64,000 nt of DNA, from the sequence record NC_054903.1; one strand, given 5' to 3'. Position 1 is the stretch's first letter, and every line of letters starts with the position of its first letter. Of the stretch, positions 27,852-45,419 are shown piece after piece. The notes under the pieces are model-generated. The model searched no databases and was not told where the DNA came from. It was given only the letters and a program-made list of their open reading frames with translations. This DNA comes from Enterobacteria phage GiZh. The translations under genes and the position numbers were made by a program.

Positions 27852-30800
27852 CAGTAAAAGCACCTTCAGTCACTAGTCTCAGAATTTCCAAGTTATCCGC
27901 AAATCAGGTGCAAGTACGCTGGGATGACGTTGGTGCTAATTTCTACTATTTTGTAGAAATCGCTGAGACAAAAACAAACTCGGGGGAAAAACTCCCGAGT
28001 AATCAATATCGTTGGATTAATTTAGGATATACTGCAAATAACAGCTTCTTTTTTGATGATGCTGATCCATTGACATCATACATTATCAGAGTAGCTACAG
28101 CTGCGCAAGATTTTGAGCAGTCTGATTGGATTTATACCGAAGAGTTTGAAACTTTTGCTACAAATGCTTATACATTTCAAAACATGATTGAAATGCAATT
28201 AGCTAATAAATTCATTCAGGAAAAATTTACTCTTAATAATTCTGATTATGTTAATTTTAATAATGACACTATAATGGCTGCATTGATGAATGAATCATTT
28301 CAATTCAGCCCATCGTATGTTGATGTTTCATCAATAAGTAATTTTATTATTGGTGAAAATGAGTATCATGAAATACAAGGTTCTATTCAGCAAGTATGTA
28401 AGGATATTAACCGAGTTTATTTGATGGAATCAGAAGGAATTCTATATCTTTTTGAGCGCTATCAACCTGTAGTTAAAGTATCCAATGATAAAGGACAAAC
28501 TTGGAAAGCTGTAAAGCTCTTCAATGACCGCGTAGGATATCCTTTATCTAAGACAGTATATTACCAATCTGCGAACACAACATACGTTCTAGGATACGAC
28601 AAGATTTTCTATGGCCGCAAATCTACTGATGTTAGATGGTCAGCCGATGATGTCAGATTTAGTTCTCAGGATATAACATTTGCTAAACTTGGCGACCAGT
28701 TACATTTAGGATTTGATGTAGAAATTTTTGCCACTTACGCGACTTTGCCAGCGAATGTATACCGCATTGCAGAAGCTATTACTTGCACCGATGATTACAT
28801 TTACGTTGTCGCCAGAGACAAAGTTAGATACATAAAAACGAGTAATGCACCTATAGATTCTGATCCATTATCTCCAACATATTCGGAAAGACTTTTTGAA
28901 CCTGATACCATGACTATAACCGGAAATCCTAAAGCAGTATGTTATAAAATGGATTCTATCGGTGATAAAGTTTTTGCTCTTATTATTGGTGAAGTTGAAA
29001 CATTAAATGCTAATCCTAGAACATCAAAAATAATTGATTCCGCTGATAAAGGAATATATGTTTTAAATCATGACGAAAAAACATGGAAAAGAGTTTTCGG
29101 TAATACCGAAGAAGAAAGAAGACGTATTCAACCCGGATATGCGAATATGTCAACTGATGGTAAATTAGTTTCTCTGTCTTCGAGTAATTTTAAATTTTTA
29201 AGTGATAACGTTGTTAATGACCCTGAAACTGCTGTAAAATACCAGTTAATCGGTGCTGTTAAATACGAATTTCCTCGCGAATGGTTAGCTGATAAACATT
29301 ATCATATGATGGCGTTTATAGCGGATGAAAAATCTGATTGGGAGACTTTTACTCCTCAACCGATGAAATACTACGCAGAACCGTTCTTTAATTGGTCTAA
29401 AAAATCTAACACTCGTTGTTGGATAAACAACTCTGATAAAGCTGTTGTAGTTTATGCAGATTTGAAATACACCAAAGTTATTGAAAATATTCCAGAAACG
29501 TCACCAGATAGATTAGTGCATGAATACTGGGATGATGGCGATTGCACTATAGTAATGCCAAATGTTAAATTCACTGGATTTAAAAAATATGCATCTGGGA
29601 TGCTTTTCTATAAAGCCTCTGGTGAAATAATTTCTTACTATGATTTTAACTATCGCGTGAGAGATACAGTAGAAATTATTTGGAAGCCAACTGAAGTATT
29701 TTTAAAAGCATTTTTACAAAACCAAGAGCATGAAACTCCTTGGTCGCCTGAAGAAGAGCGTGGATTGGCTGACCCTGATTTAAGACCATTGATTGGCACA
29801 ATGATGCCTGATTCTTATTTGTTGCAGGATTCGAATTTTGAGGCATTTTGCGAAGCATATATTCAGTATCTTTCTGATGGATATGGAACTCAGTATAACA
29901 ATTTACGAAATTTAATTCGTAACAAATATCCACGAGAAGAGCATGCATGGGAATATTTGTGGTCAGAGATATATAAAAGAAACATTTATTTAAATGCTGA
30001 TAAACGCGATGCTGTTGCGAGATTCTTTGAATCACGTAGCTATGATTTTTATTCTACTAAAGGAATTGAAGCATCATACAAGTTTCTTTTTAAAGTTCTT
30101 TATAATGAAGAAGTTGAAATTGAAATTGAATCTGGGGCTGGTACTGAATATGATATAATCGTTCAATCTGATTCTTTGACTGAAGACTTAGTAGGACAAA
30201 CGATTTATACGGCAACAGGAAGATGTAATGTTACTTATATAGAAAGAAGCTATTCTAATGGTAAATTGCAATGGACCGTAACTATTCATAATCTTTTGGG
30301 ACGATTAATTGCTGGACAAGAAGTTAAAGCAGAAAGACTCCCTAGTTTTGAAGGCGAAATTATTCGTGGGGTCAAAGGAAAGGATTTGCTTCAAAACAAT
30401 ATAGACTATATTAATAGAAGTAGATCATATTATGTAATGAAAATTAAATCCAATTTACCTTCTTCTCGTTGGAAATCTGACGTTATTCGTTTTGTTCATC
30501 CAGTAGGATTTGGATTTATAGCAATTACCCTTTTAACGATGTTTATTAATGTTGGTTTAACTCTTAAACACACAGAGACTATAATTAATAAATACAAAAA
30601 CTATAAATGGGATTCTGGATTGCCTACTGAATATGCTGATAGAGTAGCTAAATTGACTCCAACTGGTGAAATTGAGCATGATTCGGTAACAGGCGAAGCA
30701 ATTTATGAGCCTGGCCCAATGGCTGGTGTAGAATATCCTCTTCCTGATGACTATAATGCTGAAAATAACAATTCAATATTTCAAGGTCAATTGCCGTCTG

Positions 30801-30946
30801 AACGACGTAAATTAATGAGTCCTCTATTTGACGCATCTGGAACAACATTTGCGCAATTTAGAGATTTAGTTAATAAACGTCTAAAAGATAATATAGGAAA
30901 TCCAAGAGACCCTGAAAATCCAACACAGGTTAAAATAGATGAATGA
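27848..30946 (+). CDS. 7: baseplate wedge protein gp7
   Basis: 1032 aa, matches T4 gp7 length and order. Confidence 0.9.
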   Translation: MTVKAPSVTSLRISKLSANQVQVRWDDVGANFYYFVEIAETKTNSGEKLPSNQYRWINLGYTANNSFFFDDADPLTSYIIRVATAAQDFEQSDWIYTEEFETFATNAYTFQNMIEMQLANKFIQEKFTLNNSDYVNFNNDTIMAALMNESFQFSPSYVDVSSISNFIIGENEYHEIQGSIQQVCKDINRVYLMESEGILYLFERYQPVVKVSNDKGQTWKAVKLFNDRVGYPLSKTVYYQSANTTYVLGYDKIFYGRKSTDVRWSADDVRFSSQDITFAKLGDQLHLGFDVEIFATYATLPANVYRIAEAITCTDDYIYVVARDKVRYIKTSNAPIDSDPLSPTYSERLFEPDTMTITGNPKAVCYKMDSIGDKVFALIIGEVETLNANPRTSKIIDSADKGIYVLNHDEKTWKRVFGNTEEERRRIQPGYANMSTDGKLVSLSSSNFKFLSDNVVNDPETAVKYQLIGAVKYEFPREWLADKHYHMMAFIADEKSDWETFTPQPMKYYAEPFFNWSKKSNTRCWINNSDKAVVVYADLKYTKVIENIPETSPDRLVHEYWDDGDCTIVMPNVKFTGFKKYASGMLFYKASGEIISYYDFNYRVRDTVEIIWKPTEVFLKAFLQNQEHETPWSPEEERGLADPDLRPLIGTMMPDSYLLQDSNFEAFCEAYIQYLSDGYGTQYNNLRNLIRNKYPREEHAWEYLWSEIYKRNIYLNADKRDAVARFFESRSYDFYSTKGIEASYKFLFKVLYNEEVEIEIESGAGTEYDIIVQSDSLTEDLVGQTIYTATGRCNVTYIERSYSNGKLQWTVTIHNLLGRLIAGQEVKAERLPSFEGEIIRGVKGKDLLQNNIDYINRSRSYYVMKIKSNLPSSRWKSDVIRFVHPVGFGFIAITLLTMFINVGLTLKHTETIINKYKNYKWDSGLPTEYADRVAKLTPTGEIEHDSVTGEAIYEPGPMAGVEYPLPDDYNAENNNSIFQGQLPSERRKLMSPLFDASGTTFAQFRDLVNKRLKDNIGNPRDPENPTQVKIDE

Positions 30947-31943
30947 TTCAAGTGTTATCTATCGTGCGATAGTTACTTCAAAATTTAGAACAGAAAAAAT
31001 GTTGAATTTTTATAATTCAATTGGAAGTGGTCCGGATAAAAACACTATCTTTATCACATTTGGAAGATCAGAACCGTGGTCATCAAATGAAAATGAGGTG
31101 GGCTTTGCTCCACCTTATCCAACTGATTCTGTATTAGGCGTAACTGACATGTGGACGCATATGATGGGAACCGTAAAGGTTCTTCCATCTATGCTTGATG
31201 CAGTTATTCCTCGTAGAGATTGGGGAGATACTAGATATCCGGATCCATATACATTTAGAATTAACGATATTGTAGTGTGTAACTCAGCTCCTTACAATGC
31301 TACTGAATCAGGCGCAGGCTGGTTAGTATATCGCTGTTTAGATGTTCCTGACACAGGAATGTGTTCAATAGCATCTTTAACTGATAAAGATGAATGCCTT
31401 AAGTTAGGTGGAAAATGGACTCCTTCTGTTAGGTCAATGACTCCTCCTGAAGGTCGAGGAGACGCGGAAGGAACAATCGAACCAGGAGACGGATATGTTT
31501 GGGAATATCTTTTTGAGATTCCGCCTGATGTATCTATAAATAGATGCACGAATGAATATATCGTGGTTCCTTGGCCTGAGGAATTAAAAGAAGACCCGGC
31601 TAGATGGGGGTATGAAGATAATCTCACTTGGCAACAAGATGATTTTGGATTAATTTACCGTGTTAAGGCAAATACTATCCGTTTTAAAGCATATTTAGAT
31701 TCAGTTTATTTTCCAGAAGCTGCATTGCCGGGAAATAAAGGATTTAGACAAATATCAATAATCACGAATCCTCTTGAAGCTAAAGCTCATCCAAATGACC
31801 CAAATGTTAAAGCTGAAAAGGATTATTATGATCCGGAAGATTTAATGAGGCATTCGGGCGAAATGATTTATATGGAAAATAGGCCACCTATTATTATGGC
31901 AATGGATCAGACAGAAGAAATCAATATTCTGTTTACATTTTAA
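30939..31943 (+). CDS. 8: baseplate wedge protein gp8
   Basis: 334 aa, matches T4 gp8. Confidence 0.9.
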   Translation: MNDSSVIYRAIVTSKFRTEKMLNFYNSIGSGPDKNTIFITFGRSEPWSSNENEVGFAPPYPTDSVLGVTDMWTHMMGTVKVLPSMLDAVIPRRDWGDTRYPDPYTFRINDIVVCNSAPYNATESGAGWLVYRCLDVPDTGMCSIASLTDKDECLKLGGKWTPSVRSMTPPEGRGDAEGTIEPGDGYVWEYLFEIPPDVSINRCTNEYIVVPWPEELKEDPARWGYEDNLTWQQDDFGLIYRVKANTIRFKAYLDSVYFPEAALPGNKGFRQISIITNPLEAKAHPNDPNVKAEKDYYDPEDLMRHSGEMIYMENRPPIIMAMDQTEEINILFTF

Positions 31944-31948
31944 ATTAA

Positions 31949-31975
31949 GGGAGCCCATGGGCTCCCCTTTTCTTT
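31949..31975 (+). terminator. intrinsic terminator after gene 8
   Basis: Hairpin GGGAGCC-CATG-GGCTCCC followed by CTTTTCTTT. Confidence 0.65.
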
Positions 31976-31982
31976 ATAAATA
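31975..31982 (+). promoter_or_regulatory. late promoter for gene 9
   Basis: TATAAATA 25 nt upstream of ATG at 32007. Confidence 0.65.
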
Positions 31983-32006
31983 CTATAAACTCATAAGGAA
32001 ACCGCT

Positions 32007-32873
32007 ATGTTCATTCAAGAACCAAAGAAATTGATTGATACCGGCGAAATTGGTAACGCTTCTACTGGTGATATCTTATTCGACGGTGGTAATAAAATTA
32101 ATAGTGATTTTAACGCAATTTATAATGCGTTTGGCGATCAGCGTAAAATGGCAGTAGCAAATGGCACTGGAGCAGATGGTCAAATTATCCATGCTACTGG
32201 ATATTATCAAAAACACACTATCGCAGAGTATGCAACTCCAGTAAAAGTTGGCACTAGGCATGATATTGATACCTCTACTGTAGGTGTTAAAGTTATCATT
32301 GAAAGAGGCGAACTCGGCGATTGTGTTGAATTCATTAACTCTAATGGATCAATATCAGTTACTAATCCTTTGACAATTCAAGCTATTGATTCAATTAAAG
32401 GTGTTTCAGGTAATTTAGTAGTAACTAGCCCATATAGTAAAGTTACTTTACGCTGTATTTCATCTGATAATTCTACGTCGGTTTGGAATTATTCTATTGA
32501 AAGTATGTTTGGACAAAAGGAATCACCAGCTGAAGGTACATGGAATATTTCTACATCTGGATCAGTTGACATTCCATTATTTCATCGCACTGAATACAAT
32601 ATGGCTAAATTACTAGTTACATGCCAATCGGTAGATGGAAGAAAAATTAAAACAGCAGAAATAAATATTCTTGTGGATACTGTTAATTCAGAGGTCATTT
32701 CTTCTGAATATGCTGTCATGCGAGTTGGGAATGAAACCGAAGAAGACGAAATCGCTAATATTGCATTTAGTATTAAAGAAAATTACGTAACGGCGACTAT
32801 AAGTTCTTCAACTGTCGGTATGAGAGCAGCAGTTAAAGTTATCGCTACGCAGAAAATCGGGGTGGCTCAATAA
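32007..32873 (+). CDS. 9: baseplate protein gp9 (long tail fiber socket)
   Basis: 288 aa; TATAAATA late promoter 25 nt upstream. Confidence 0.9.
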   Translation: MFIQEPKKLIDTGEIGNASTGDILFDGGNKINSDFNAIYNAFGDQRKMAVANGTGADGQIIHATGYYQKHTIAEYATPVKVGTRHDIDTSTVGVKVIIERGELGDCVEFINSNGSISVTNPLTIQAIDSIKGVSGNLVVTSPYSKVTLRCISSDNSTSVWNYSIESMFGQKESPAEGTWNISTSGSVDIPLFHRTEYNMAKLLVTCQSVDGRKIKTAEINILVDTVNSEVISSEYAVMRVGNETEEDEIANIAFSIKENYVTATISSSTVGMRAAVKVIATQKIGVAQ

Positions 32874-34681
32874 TGAAACAAAATATTAATATCGGTAATG
32901 TTGTAGATGATGGTACCGGTGACTACCTGCGTAAAGGTGGTATAAAAATAAATGAAAACTTTGATGAGCTTTATTATGAACTCGGTGATGGTGATGTTCC
33001 ATATTCAGCCGGTGCCTGGAAAACTTATAATGCTTCATCAGGACAAACATTAACAGCAGAATGGGGAAAATCGTACGCTATTAATACATCTTCTGGAAGA
33101 GTGACTATAAATCTTCCAAAGGGCACAGTTAATGATTACAACAAGGTAATTAGAGCTAGAGACGTATTTGCTACGTGGAACGTCAACCCAGTTACACTAG
33201 TAGCTGCTTCCGGCGATACGATTAAAGGGTCTGCAGTACCAGTTGAAATTAATGTTCAATTCAGCGATTTAGAACTAGTGTATTGTGCCCCAGGACGTTG
33301 GGAATATGTCAAAAATAAACAAATTGACAAAATTACCAGTTCAGACATTAGTAATGTAGCTCGTAAAGAATTTTTAGTTGAAGTTCAAGGACAAACGGAC
33401 TTTTTAGATGTTTTCCGTGGAACCAGTTATAATGTAAATAACATCAGAGTAAAACATCGTGGTAACGAATTATATTACGGCGATGTGTTTAGCGAAAACA
33501 GTGATTTTGGCTCTCCAGGCGAAAATGAAGGAGAACTGGTTCCTCTTGATGGATTTAATATTCGATTAAGACAGCCTTGTAATATTGGTGACACTGTTCA
33601 AATTGAAACATTTATGGATGGTGTATCGCAGTGGAGAAGTTCATATACAAGACGTCAAATTAGATTGTTAGATTCAAAATTAACGTCAAAAACTTCTCTA
33701 GAAGGAAGTATTTACGTTACTGATTTATCAACAATGAAATCAATTCCATTTTCTGCTTTTGGATTAATTCCAGGAGAACCTATTAATCCTAACTCTCTTG
33801 AGGTTCGTTTTAATGGGATTTTGCAGGAATTGGCTGGCACAGTTGGAATGCCATTATTTCATTGTGTTGGTGCCGATTCAGACGATGAAGTAGAATGCTC
33901 TGTTTTAGGTGGAACTTGGGAACAATCTCATACCGATTATTCAGTTGAAACTGATGAAAACGGCATACCGGAAATTTTACATTTCGATAGAGTATTTGAG
34001 CATGGTGACATTATCAATATCACCTGGTTTAATAATGATTTGGGTACATTATTAACAAAAGATGAGATTATTGATGAAACTGATAATCTTTATGTATCGC
34101 AAGGACCAGGGGTAGATATTTCCGGTGATGTAAATTTAACAGACTTCGATAAAATTGGTTGGCCAAATGTAGAAGCAGTTCAATCTTATCAACGCGAATT
34201 TAATGCTGTTTCAAATATCTTTGATACGATTTATCCTATTGGAACTATATATGAAAACGCTGTTAATCCAAACAACCCTGTTACATATATGGGATTCGGC
34301 TCATGGAAATTATTTGGGCAAGGAAAAGTTTTAGTTGGATGGAATGAAGATATTTCGGATCCGAATTTTGCTCTAAATAACAACGATTTAGATTCTGGCG
34401 GAAATCCTTCGCATACTGCAGGTGGAACAGGTGGTTCTACTTCTGTTACATTGGAAAATGCTAATCTTCCTGCAACTGAAACAGATGAAGAAGTTCTAAT
34501 AGTTGATGAAAATGGATCAGTCATTGTTGGTGGGTGTCAATACGATCCAGATGAATCCGGTCCAATTTACACTAAATACCGTGAAGCTAAAGCATCTACT
34601 AACTCTACTCACACTCCGCCAACATCAATAACTAACATTCAACCATATATTACAGTTTATCGTTGGATAAGGATTGCATAA
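32873..34681 (+). CDS. 10: baseplate protein gp10
   Basis: 602 aa, matches T4 gp10. Confidence 0.9.
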   Translation: MKQNINIGNVVDDGTGDYLRKGGIKINENFDELYYELGDGDVPYSAGAWKTYNASSGQTLTAEWGKSYAINTSSGRVTINLPKGTVNDYNKVIRARDVFATWNVNPVTLVAASGDTIKGSAVPVEINVQFSDLELVYCAPGRWEYVKNKQIDKITSSDISNVARKEFLVEVQGQTDFLDVFRGTSYNVNNIRVKHRGNELYYGDVFSENSDFGSPGENEGELVPLDGFNIRLRQPCNIGDTVQIETFMDGVSQWRSSYTRRQIRLLDSKLTSKTSLEGSIYVTDLSTMKSIPFSAFGLIPGEPINPNSLEVRFNGILQELAGTVGMPLFHCVGADSDDEVECSVLGGTWEQSHTDYSVETDENGIPEILHFDRVFEHGDIINITWFNNDLGTLLTKDEIIDETDNLYVSQGPGVDISGDVNLTDFDKIGWPNVEAVQSYQREFNAVSNIFDTIYPIGTIYENAVNPNNPVTYMGFGSWKLFGQGKVLVGWNEDISDPNFALNNNDLDSGGNPSHTAGGTGGSTSVTLENANLPATETDEEVLIVDENGSVIVGGCQYDPDESGPIYTKYREAKASTNSTHTPPTSITNIQPYITVYRWIRIA

Positions 34682-35340
34682 TGAGTTTACTTAATAATAA
34701 AGCGGGAGTTATTTCCCGCTTAGCCGATTTTCTTGGTTTTAGACCTAAAGCTGGTAATATAGATGTAATGAATCGTCAATCAGTTGGGTCAGTGACAATT
34801 TCTCAATTAGCGAAAGGATTCTATGAACCAAACGTAGAATCAGCTATTAATGATGTTCATAATTTTTCTATAAAAGACATTGGTACAATTATTACTAATA
34901 AAACTGGTGTTTCTCCTGAGGGTGTTTCTCAAACTGATTATTGGGCATTTTCTGGAACTGTAACAGACGATTCTCTTCCTCCGGGTTCTCCTGTCACAGT
35001 ATTAGTATTTGGTCTTCCAGTTTCAGCAACTACTGGAATGACGGCAATTGAGTTTGTTGCAAAAGTTCGTGTTGCCCTTCAAGAAGCTATTGCGTCATTT
35101 ACTGCTATCAACTCATATAAAGACCATCCGACAGATGGTAGTAAATTAGAAGTTACTTATTTAGATAATCAAAAACATGTATTAAGCACATATTCTACAT
35201 ATGGAATAACTATTTCACAGGAAATTATTTCTGAGTCTAAACCTGGCTACGGTACATGGAATTTATTAGGCGCACAAACTGTAACTTTAGATAATCAGCA
35301 GACTCCTACAGTACTTTATCATTTTGAGAGAACAGCATGA
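34681..35340 (+). CDS. 11: baseplate protein gp11
   Basis: Start at [17 protein letters not shown] gives 219 aa as in T4 gp11 (track ORF starts 18 nt earlier). Confidence 0.9.
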   Translation: MSLLNNKAGVISRLADFLGFRPKAGNIDVMNRQSVGSVTISQLAKGFYEPNVESAINDVHNFSIKDIGTIITNKTGVSPEGVSQTDYWAFSGTVTDDSLPPGSPVTVLVFGLPVSATTGMTAIEFVAKVRVALQEAIASFTAINSYKDHPTDGSKLEVTYLDNQKHVLSTYSTYGITISQEIISESKPGYGTWNLLGAQTVTLDNQQTPTVLYHFERTA

Positions 35341-36920
35341 GTAATAATACATATCAACACGTTTCTAATGAATCTCGTTATGTAAAATTTGATCCAACTG
35401 GTACAAATTTTCCGGAAGAGATTACTGATGTTCAGGCTGCTATAGCAGCCATTTCTCCTGCTGGCGTAAATGGAGTTCCTGATGCATCGTCAACAACAAA
35501 GGGAATTTTATTTCTTGCCACTGAACAGGAAGTTATAGATGGAACTAATAATACCAAAGCAGTTACACCGGCAACGTTGGCAACAAGATTATCATATCCA
35601 AATGCTACCGAAGAAGTTTATGGACTTACACGTTATTCAACAGACGATGAAGCTGTAGCTGGTGTTAATAATGAATCATCTATAACTCCGGCTAAATTTA
35701 CTACAGCAATTAATCACATTTTTGATACACGAATTTCTTCTGAAAGTTCACTTGGCGTTATTAAGTTATCATCTCTACCGCAAGCATTAGCTGGTGCAGA
35801 TGATACTACTGCAATGACTCCATTAAAAACGCAGCAGTTAGCTATTAAATTAATTGCGCAAATTGCTCCTTCTGAAACCACAGCTACCGAATCGGACCAA
35901 GGTGTTGTTCAATTAGCAACAGTAGCGCAGGTTCGTCAGGGAACTTTAAGAGAAGGTTATGCGATTTCTCCTTATACGTTTATGAATTCATCTGCTACTG
36001 AAGAATATAAAGGCGTAATTAAATTAGGAACACAGTCAGAAGTTAACTCGAATAATGCTTCTGTTGCTGTTACTGGTGCAACTCTTAATGGTCGTGGTTC
36101 TACAACGTCAATGAGAGGCGTAGTTAAATTAACTACAACTGCCGGCTCACAGAGTGGAGGTGATGCTTCGTCAGCACTAGCTTGGAATGCTGACGTTATC
36201 CATCAAAGAGGCGGTCAAACTATTAATGGAACACTCCGCATTAATAACACGCTTACAATAGCTTCAGGTGGAGCAAATATTACCGGAACAGTTAACATGA
36301 CCGGTGGTTATATTCAAGGTAAGCGTGTCGTAACACAAAATGAAATTGATAGAACTATTCCTGTCGGAGCTATTATGATGTGGGCCGCTGATAGTCTTCC
36401 TAGTGATGCTTGGCGTTTTTGCCACGGTGGAACTGTTTCAGCATCAGATTGTCCATTATATGCTTCTAGAATTGGAACAAGATACGGCGGAAGTTCATCA
36501 AATCCTGGATTACCTGATATGCGTGGTCTTTTTGTTCGCGGCTCTGGTCGTGGCTCTCACTTAACAAATCCAAATGTTAATGGTAATGACCAGTTTGGTA
36601 AGCCTAGATTAGGTGTAGGTTGTACTGGTGGATATGTTGGTGAAGTACAGAAACAACAGATGTCTTATCATAAACATGCTGGCGGATTTGGTGAGCATGA
36701 TGATTCTGGAGCATTCGGTAATACCCGTAGATCAAATTTTGTTGGTACACGTAAAGGACTTGACTGGGATAACCGTTCATACTTCACCAATGACGGATAT
36801 GAAATTGACCCGGCATCACAACGAAATTCCAAATATACATTAAATCGTCCTGAATTAATTGGAAATGAAACACGTCCATGGAACATTTCTTTAAACTACA
36901 TAATTAAGGTAAAAGAATGA
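35337..36920 (+). CDS. 12: short tail fiber gp12
   Basis: 527 aa, matches T4 gp12. Confidence 0.9.
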   Translation: MSNNTYQHVSNESRYVKFDPTGTNFPEEITDVQAAIAAISPAGVNGVPDASSTTKGILFLATEQEVIDGTNNTKAVTPATLATRLSYPNATEEVYGLTRYSTDDEAVAGVNNESSITPAKFTTAINHIFDTRISSESSLGVIKLSSLPQALAGADDTTAMTPLKTQQLAIKLIAQIAPSETTATESDQGVVQLATVAQVRQGTLREGYAISPYTFMNSSATEEYKGVIKLGTQSEVNSNNASVAVTGATLNGRGSTTSMRGVVKLTTTAGSQSGGDASSALAWNADVIHQRGGQTINGTLRINNTLTIASGGANITGTVNMTGGYIQGKRVVTQNEIDRTIPVGAIMMWAADSLPSDAWRFCHGGTVSASDCPLYASRIGTRYGGSSSNPGLPDMRGLFVRGSGRGSHLTNPNVNGNDQFGKPRLGVGCTGGYVGEVQKQQMSYHKHAGGFGEHDDSGAFGNTRRSNFVGTRKGLDWDNRSYFTNDGYEIDPASQRNSKYTLNRPELIGNETRPWNISLNYIIKVKE

Positions 36921-38380
36921 CAGATATTGTACTGAATGACTTACCATTCGTTGACGGCCCTCCTGCGGAGGGCCAGAGCCGCATTTCCTGGATTAAAAAC
37001 GGCGAAGAAATATTAGGAGCTGACACACAGTATGGAAGCGAAGGTTCAATGAATAGACCTACAGTTTCTGTACTAAGAAATGTTGAAGTTCTTGATAAAA
37101 ACATTGGAATACTTAAAACATCTTTAGAAACCGCAAATAGTGATATTAAAACCATCCAGGGCATCTTAGATGTATCTGGTGATATTGAAGCTTTAGCGCA
37201 AATAAGTATCAATAAAAAGGATATTTCTGACCTCAAAACGCTAACCAGTGAACATACAGAAATATTAAATGGAACTAATAGTACTGTTGACAACATTCTT
37301 GCTGATATTGGTCCATTTAACTCCGAGGCCAACTCTGTATACAGAACAATCAGAAATGATTTACTGTGGATAAAGCGTGAACTTGGACAATACACTGGTC
37401 AAGATATTAATGGTCTTCCTGTTGTAGGAAATCCTAGTAGTGGAATGAAGCATCGCATTATTAATAATACTGATGTCATTACTTCACAGGGAATACGTTT
37501 AAGTGAATTAGAAACAAAATTTATTGAATCTGATGTAGGTTCTTTGACCATTGAAGTTGGTAATCTTCGCGAAGAGCTTGGACCGAAACCACCGTCTTTT
37601 TCACAGACTGTTTATAGTCGTTTAAATGAAATTGACACTAAACAGACAACAGTTGAGTCTGATATTAGTGCTATTAAGACCTCAATAGGATATCCAGGAA
37701 ATAATTCGATTATTACGAGTGTTAATACAAACACTGATAATATTGCATCTATTAATTTAGAGCTAAATCAAAGTGGAGGTATTAAACAGCGTTTAACCGT
37801 TATTGAAACTTCTATTGGTTCAGATGATATTCCTTCGAGTATTAAAGGCCAAATCAAAGATAATACAACTTCAATCGAATCTTTAAATGGAATCGTCGGT
37901 GAAAACACTTCATCTGGTTTAAGAGCGAATGTTTCGTGGTTAAACCAAATTGTTGGAACTGATTCTAGCGGTGGACAACCTTCTCCTCCTGGGTCTCTTT
38001 TAAACCGAGTTTCTACAATTGAAACTTCTGTTTCAGGCTTGAATAACGATGTTCAAAACCTACAAGTAGAGATTGGTAATAACAGCACAGGAATTAAAGG
38101 GCAAGTTGTAGCGTTAAATACTTTAGTAAATGGAACTAACCCAAATGGTTCAACTGTTGAAGAACGCGGATTAACCAATTCAATAAAAGCTAACGAAACC
38201 AACATTGCATCAGTTACACAAGAAGTGAATACAGCTAAAGGCAATATATCTTCTTTACAAGGCGATGTTCAAGCTCTCCAAGAAGCAGGTTATATTCCTG
38301 AAGCTCCAAAAGATGGCCAAGCTTACGTTCGTAAAGACGGCGAATGGGTATTGCTTTCTACCTTTTTATCACCAGCATAA
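36917..38380 (+). CDS. wac: fibritin (whiskers)
   Basis: 487 aa coiled-coil; C-terminal [27 protein letters not shown] foldon. Confidence 0.95.
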   Translation: MTDIVLNDLPFVDGPPAEGQSRISWIKNGEEILGADTQYGSEGSMNRPTVSVLRNVEVLDKNIGILKTSLETANSDIKTIQGILDVSGDIEALAQISINKKDISDLKTLTSEHTEILNGTNSTVDNILADIGPFNSEANSVYRTIRNDLLWIKRELGQYTGQDINGLPVVGNPSSGMKHRIINNTDVITSQGIRLSELETKFIESDVGSLTIEVGNLREELGPKPPSFSQTVYSRLNEIDTKQTTVESDISAIKTSIGYPGNNSIITSVNTNTDNIASINLELNQSGGIKQRLTVIETSIGSDDIPSSIKGQIKDNTTSIESLNGIVGENTSSGLRANVSWLNQIVGTDSSGGQPSPPGSLLNRVSTIETSVSGLNNDVQNLQVEIGNNSTGIKGQVVALNTLVNGTNPNGSTVEERGLTNSIKANETNIASVTQEVNTAKGNISSLQGDVQALQEAGYIPEAPKDGQAYVRKDGEWVLLSTFLSPA

Positions 38381-38411
38381 CATGGGGCCGCAAGGCCCCA
38401 AAGGATTTTAA

Positions 38412-40113
<1,702 letters not shown>

Positions 40114-40120
40114 TAAATAT

Positions 40121-40128
40121 TATAAACT
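40121..40128 (+). promoter_or_regulatory. possible late promoter for gene 15 (one mismatch)
   Basis: TATAAACT upstream of ATG at 40155. Confidence 0.3.
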
Positions 40129-40154
40129 AATTAAAGCCCAGATTAGGAGAAATC

Positions 40155-43295
<3,141 letters not shown>

Positions 43296-43323
43296 TATTA
43301 AAGCATATTAAAGAGGATTAAAA

Positions 43324-45303
43324 ATGACTTTATTATCTCCGGGCATTGAGCTCAAAGAAACTACGGTTCAAAGCACCGTGGTTAATAACTCTACTGGTAC
43401 AGCAGCTTTGGCCGGTAAATTCCAGTGGGGTCCTGCTTTTCAAATTAAACAGGTTACAAATGAAGTAGATTTAGTTAATACTTTTGGTCAACCTACAGCT
43501 GAAACTGCTGACTATTTTATGTCTGCAATGAATTTCTTACAATACGGAAATGATTTGCGAGTTGTGCGTGCTGTCGATAGAGATACCGCTAAAAACTCAT
43601 CTCCGATTGCCGGTAATATTGAATACACTATTTCTACCCCAGGTAGTAACTACGCGGTTGGAGATAAAATCACTGTTAAGTATGTTTCAGAAGATGTTGA
43701 AACAGAAGGTAAAATTACTGAAGTAGATGCTGATGGAAAAATTAAGAAAATTAATATTCCTACCGCAAAAATTATCGCTAAAGCGAAAGAAGTCGGTGAA
43801 TACCCAGCATTAGGTTCTAACTGGACTGCGGAAATTTCTTCGTCTTCCTCTGGTTTAGCTGCAGTAATAACTCTTGGAAAAATTATTACTGATTCTGGTA
43901 TTTTATTAGCTGAAATTGAAAATGCCGAAGCTGCTATGACAGCTGTTGACTTTCAAGCAAATCTCGAAAAATATGGAATTCCAGGAGTAGTAGCTCTTTA
44001 TCCAGGCGAATTAGGCGATAAAATTGAAATTGAAATCGTATCTAAAGCTGACTATGCAAAAGGAGCTTCTGCATTACTCCCAATTTATCCAGGTGGTGGT
44101 ACTCGTGCATCTACTGCTAAAGCAGTGTTTGGATATGGACCACAAACTGATTCACAGTACGCTATTATAGTTCGTCGCAATGATGCTATTGTTCAAAGCG
44201 TTGTTCTTTCAACTAAGCGTGGTGAAAAAGATATTTACGATAGTAACATCTATATCGATGACTTTTTCGCAAAAGGCGGCTCAGAATATATTTTTGCAAC
44301 TGCACAAAACTGGCCAGAAGGCTTCTCTGGAATTTTAACTCTGTCTGGTGGATTATCATCAAATGCTGAAGTAACAGCAGGAGATTTGATGGAAGCTTGG
44401 GACTTCTTTGCTGACCGTGAATCCGTTGATGTTCAACTGTTTATTGCGGGTTCTTGTGCCGGTGAATCTTTAGAAACAGCATCTACTGTCCAAAAACACG
44501 TCGTTTCAATTGGGGATGCTCGCCAAGATTGCTTAGTATTGTGCTCACCACCACGTGAAACTGTAGTTGGAATTCCTGTAACTCGCGCTGTTGACAACTT
44601 AGTCAACTGGAGAACCGCAACAGGTTCATACACTGATAATAACTTTAATATCAGTTCAACCTATGCAGCAATTGATGGTAACTATAAGTATCAGTATGAC
44701 AAATATAATGATGTGAATCGTTGGGTTCCATTAGCAGCTGATATTGCTGGTTTATGCGCAAGAACTGATAACGTTTCTCATACTTGGATGTCTCCAGCTG
44801 GTTATAATCGTGGCCAAATTTTGAACGTTATTAAACTGGCTATTGAAACTCGCCAAGCTCAGCGCGACCGTTTATACCAAGAAGCTATTAACCCGGTAAC
44901 TGGCACAGGTGGCGATGGTTACGTATTGTATGGTGATAAAACAGCTACTTCTGTTCCTTCTCCGTTTGATCGTATTAACGTTCGTCGTCTGTTTAATATG
45001 TTGAAAACGAATATCGGACGTAGTTCAAAATATCGTTTGTTCGAATTAAACAATGCGTTTACTCGTTCATCATTCCGCACAGAAACTGCCCAGTACTTAC
45101 AGGGAATTAAAGCTCTTGGTGGAATTTATGAATATCGTGTAGTTTGCGATACAACAAATAACACTCCGTCAGTAATTGATAGAAATGAGTTTGTTGCAAC
45201 ATTCTACATTCAACCGGCGCGCAGTATAAATTATATTACTTTGAATTTCGTCGCAACTGCTACTGGTGCAGATTTCGATGAGTTAACTGGTCTTGCAGGT
45301 TAA
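43324..45303 (+). CDS. 18: tail sheath protein gp18
   Basis: 659 aa, matches T4 gp18. Confidence 0.95.
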   Translation: MTLLSPGIELKETTVQSTVVNNSTGTAALAGKFQWGPAFQIKQVTNEVDLVNTFGQPTAETADYFMSAMNFLQYGNDLRVVRAVDRDTAKNSSPIAGNIEYTISTPGSNYAVGDKITVKYVSEDVETEGKITEVDADGKIKKINIPTAKIIAKAKEVGEYPALGSNWTAEISSSSSGLAAVITLGKIITDSGILLAEIENAEAAMTAVDFQANLEKYGIPGVVALYPGELGDKIEIEIVSKADYAKGASALLPIYPGGGTRASTAKAVFGYGPQTDSQYAIIVRRNDAIVQSVVLSTKRGEKDIYDSNIYIDDFFAKGGSEYIFATAQNWPEGFSGILTLSGGLSSNAEVTAGDLMEAWDFFADRESVDVQLFIAGSCAGESLETASTVQKHVVSIGDARQDCLVLCSPPRETVVGIPVTRAVDNLVNWRTATGSYTDNNFNISSTYAAIDGNYKYQYDKYNDVNRWVPLAADIAGLCARTDNVSHTWMSPAGYNRGQILNVIKLAIETRQAQRDRLYQEAINPVTGTGGDGYVLYGDKTATSVPSPFDRINVRRLFNMLKTNIGRSSKYRLFELNNAFTRSSFRTETAQYLQGIKALGGIYEYRVVCDTTNNTPSVIDRNEFVATFYIQPARSINYITLNFVATATGADFDELTGLAG

Positions 45304-45338
45304 TACGGTGCATTCTAAAGGCCTGTTTCGGCAGGCCA

Positions 45339-45346
45339 TATAAATA
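45339..45346 (+). promoter_or_regulatory. late promoter for gene 19
   Basis: TATAAATA after hairpin GGCCTG-N-CAGGCC (45320-45337). Confidence 0.6.
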
Positions 45347-45419
45347 CACTATATCCTTAATTCTTTAATTCTATATGCCCTAGGTTAAACATAGGGATAT
45401 AAATACTACAGAGGCTAAT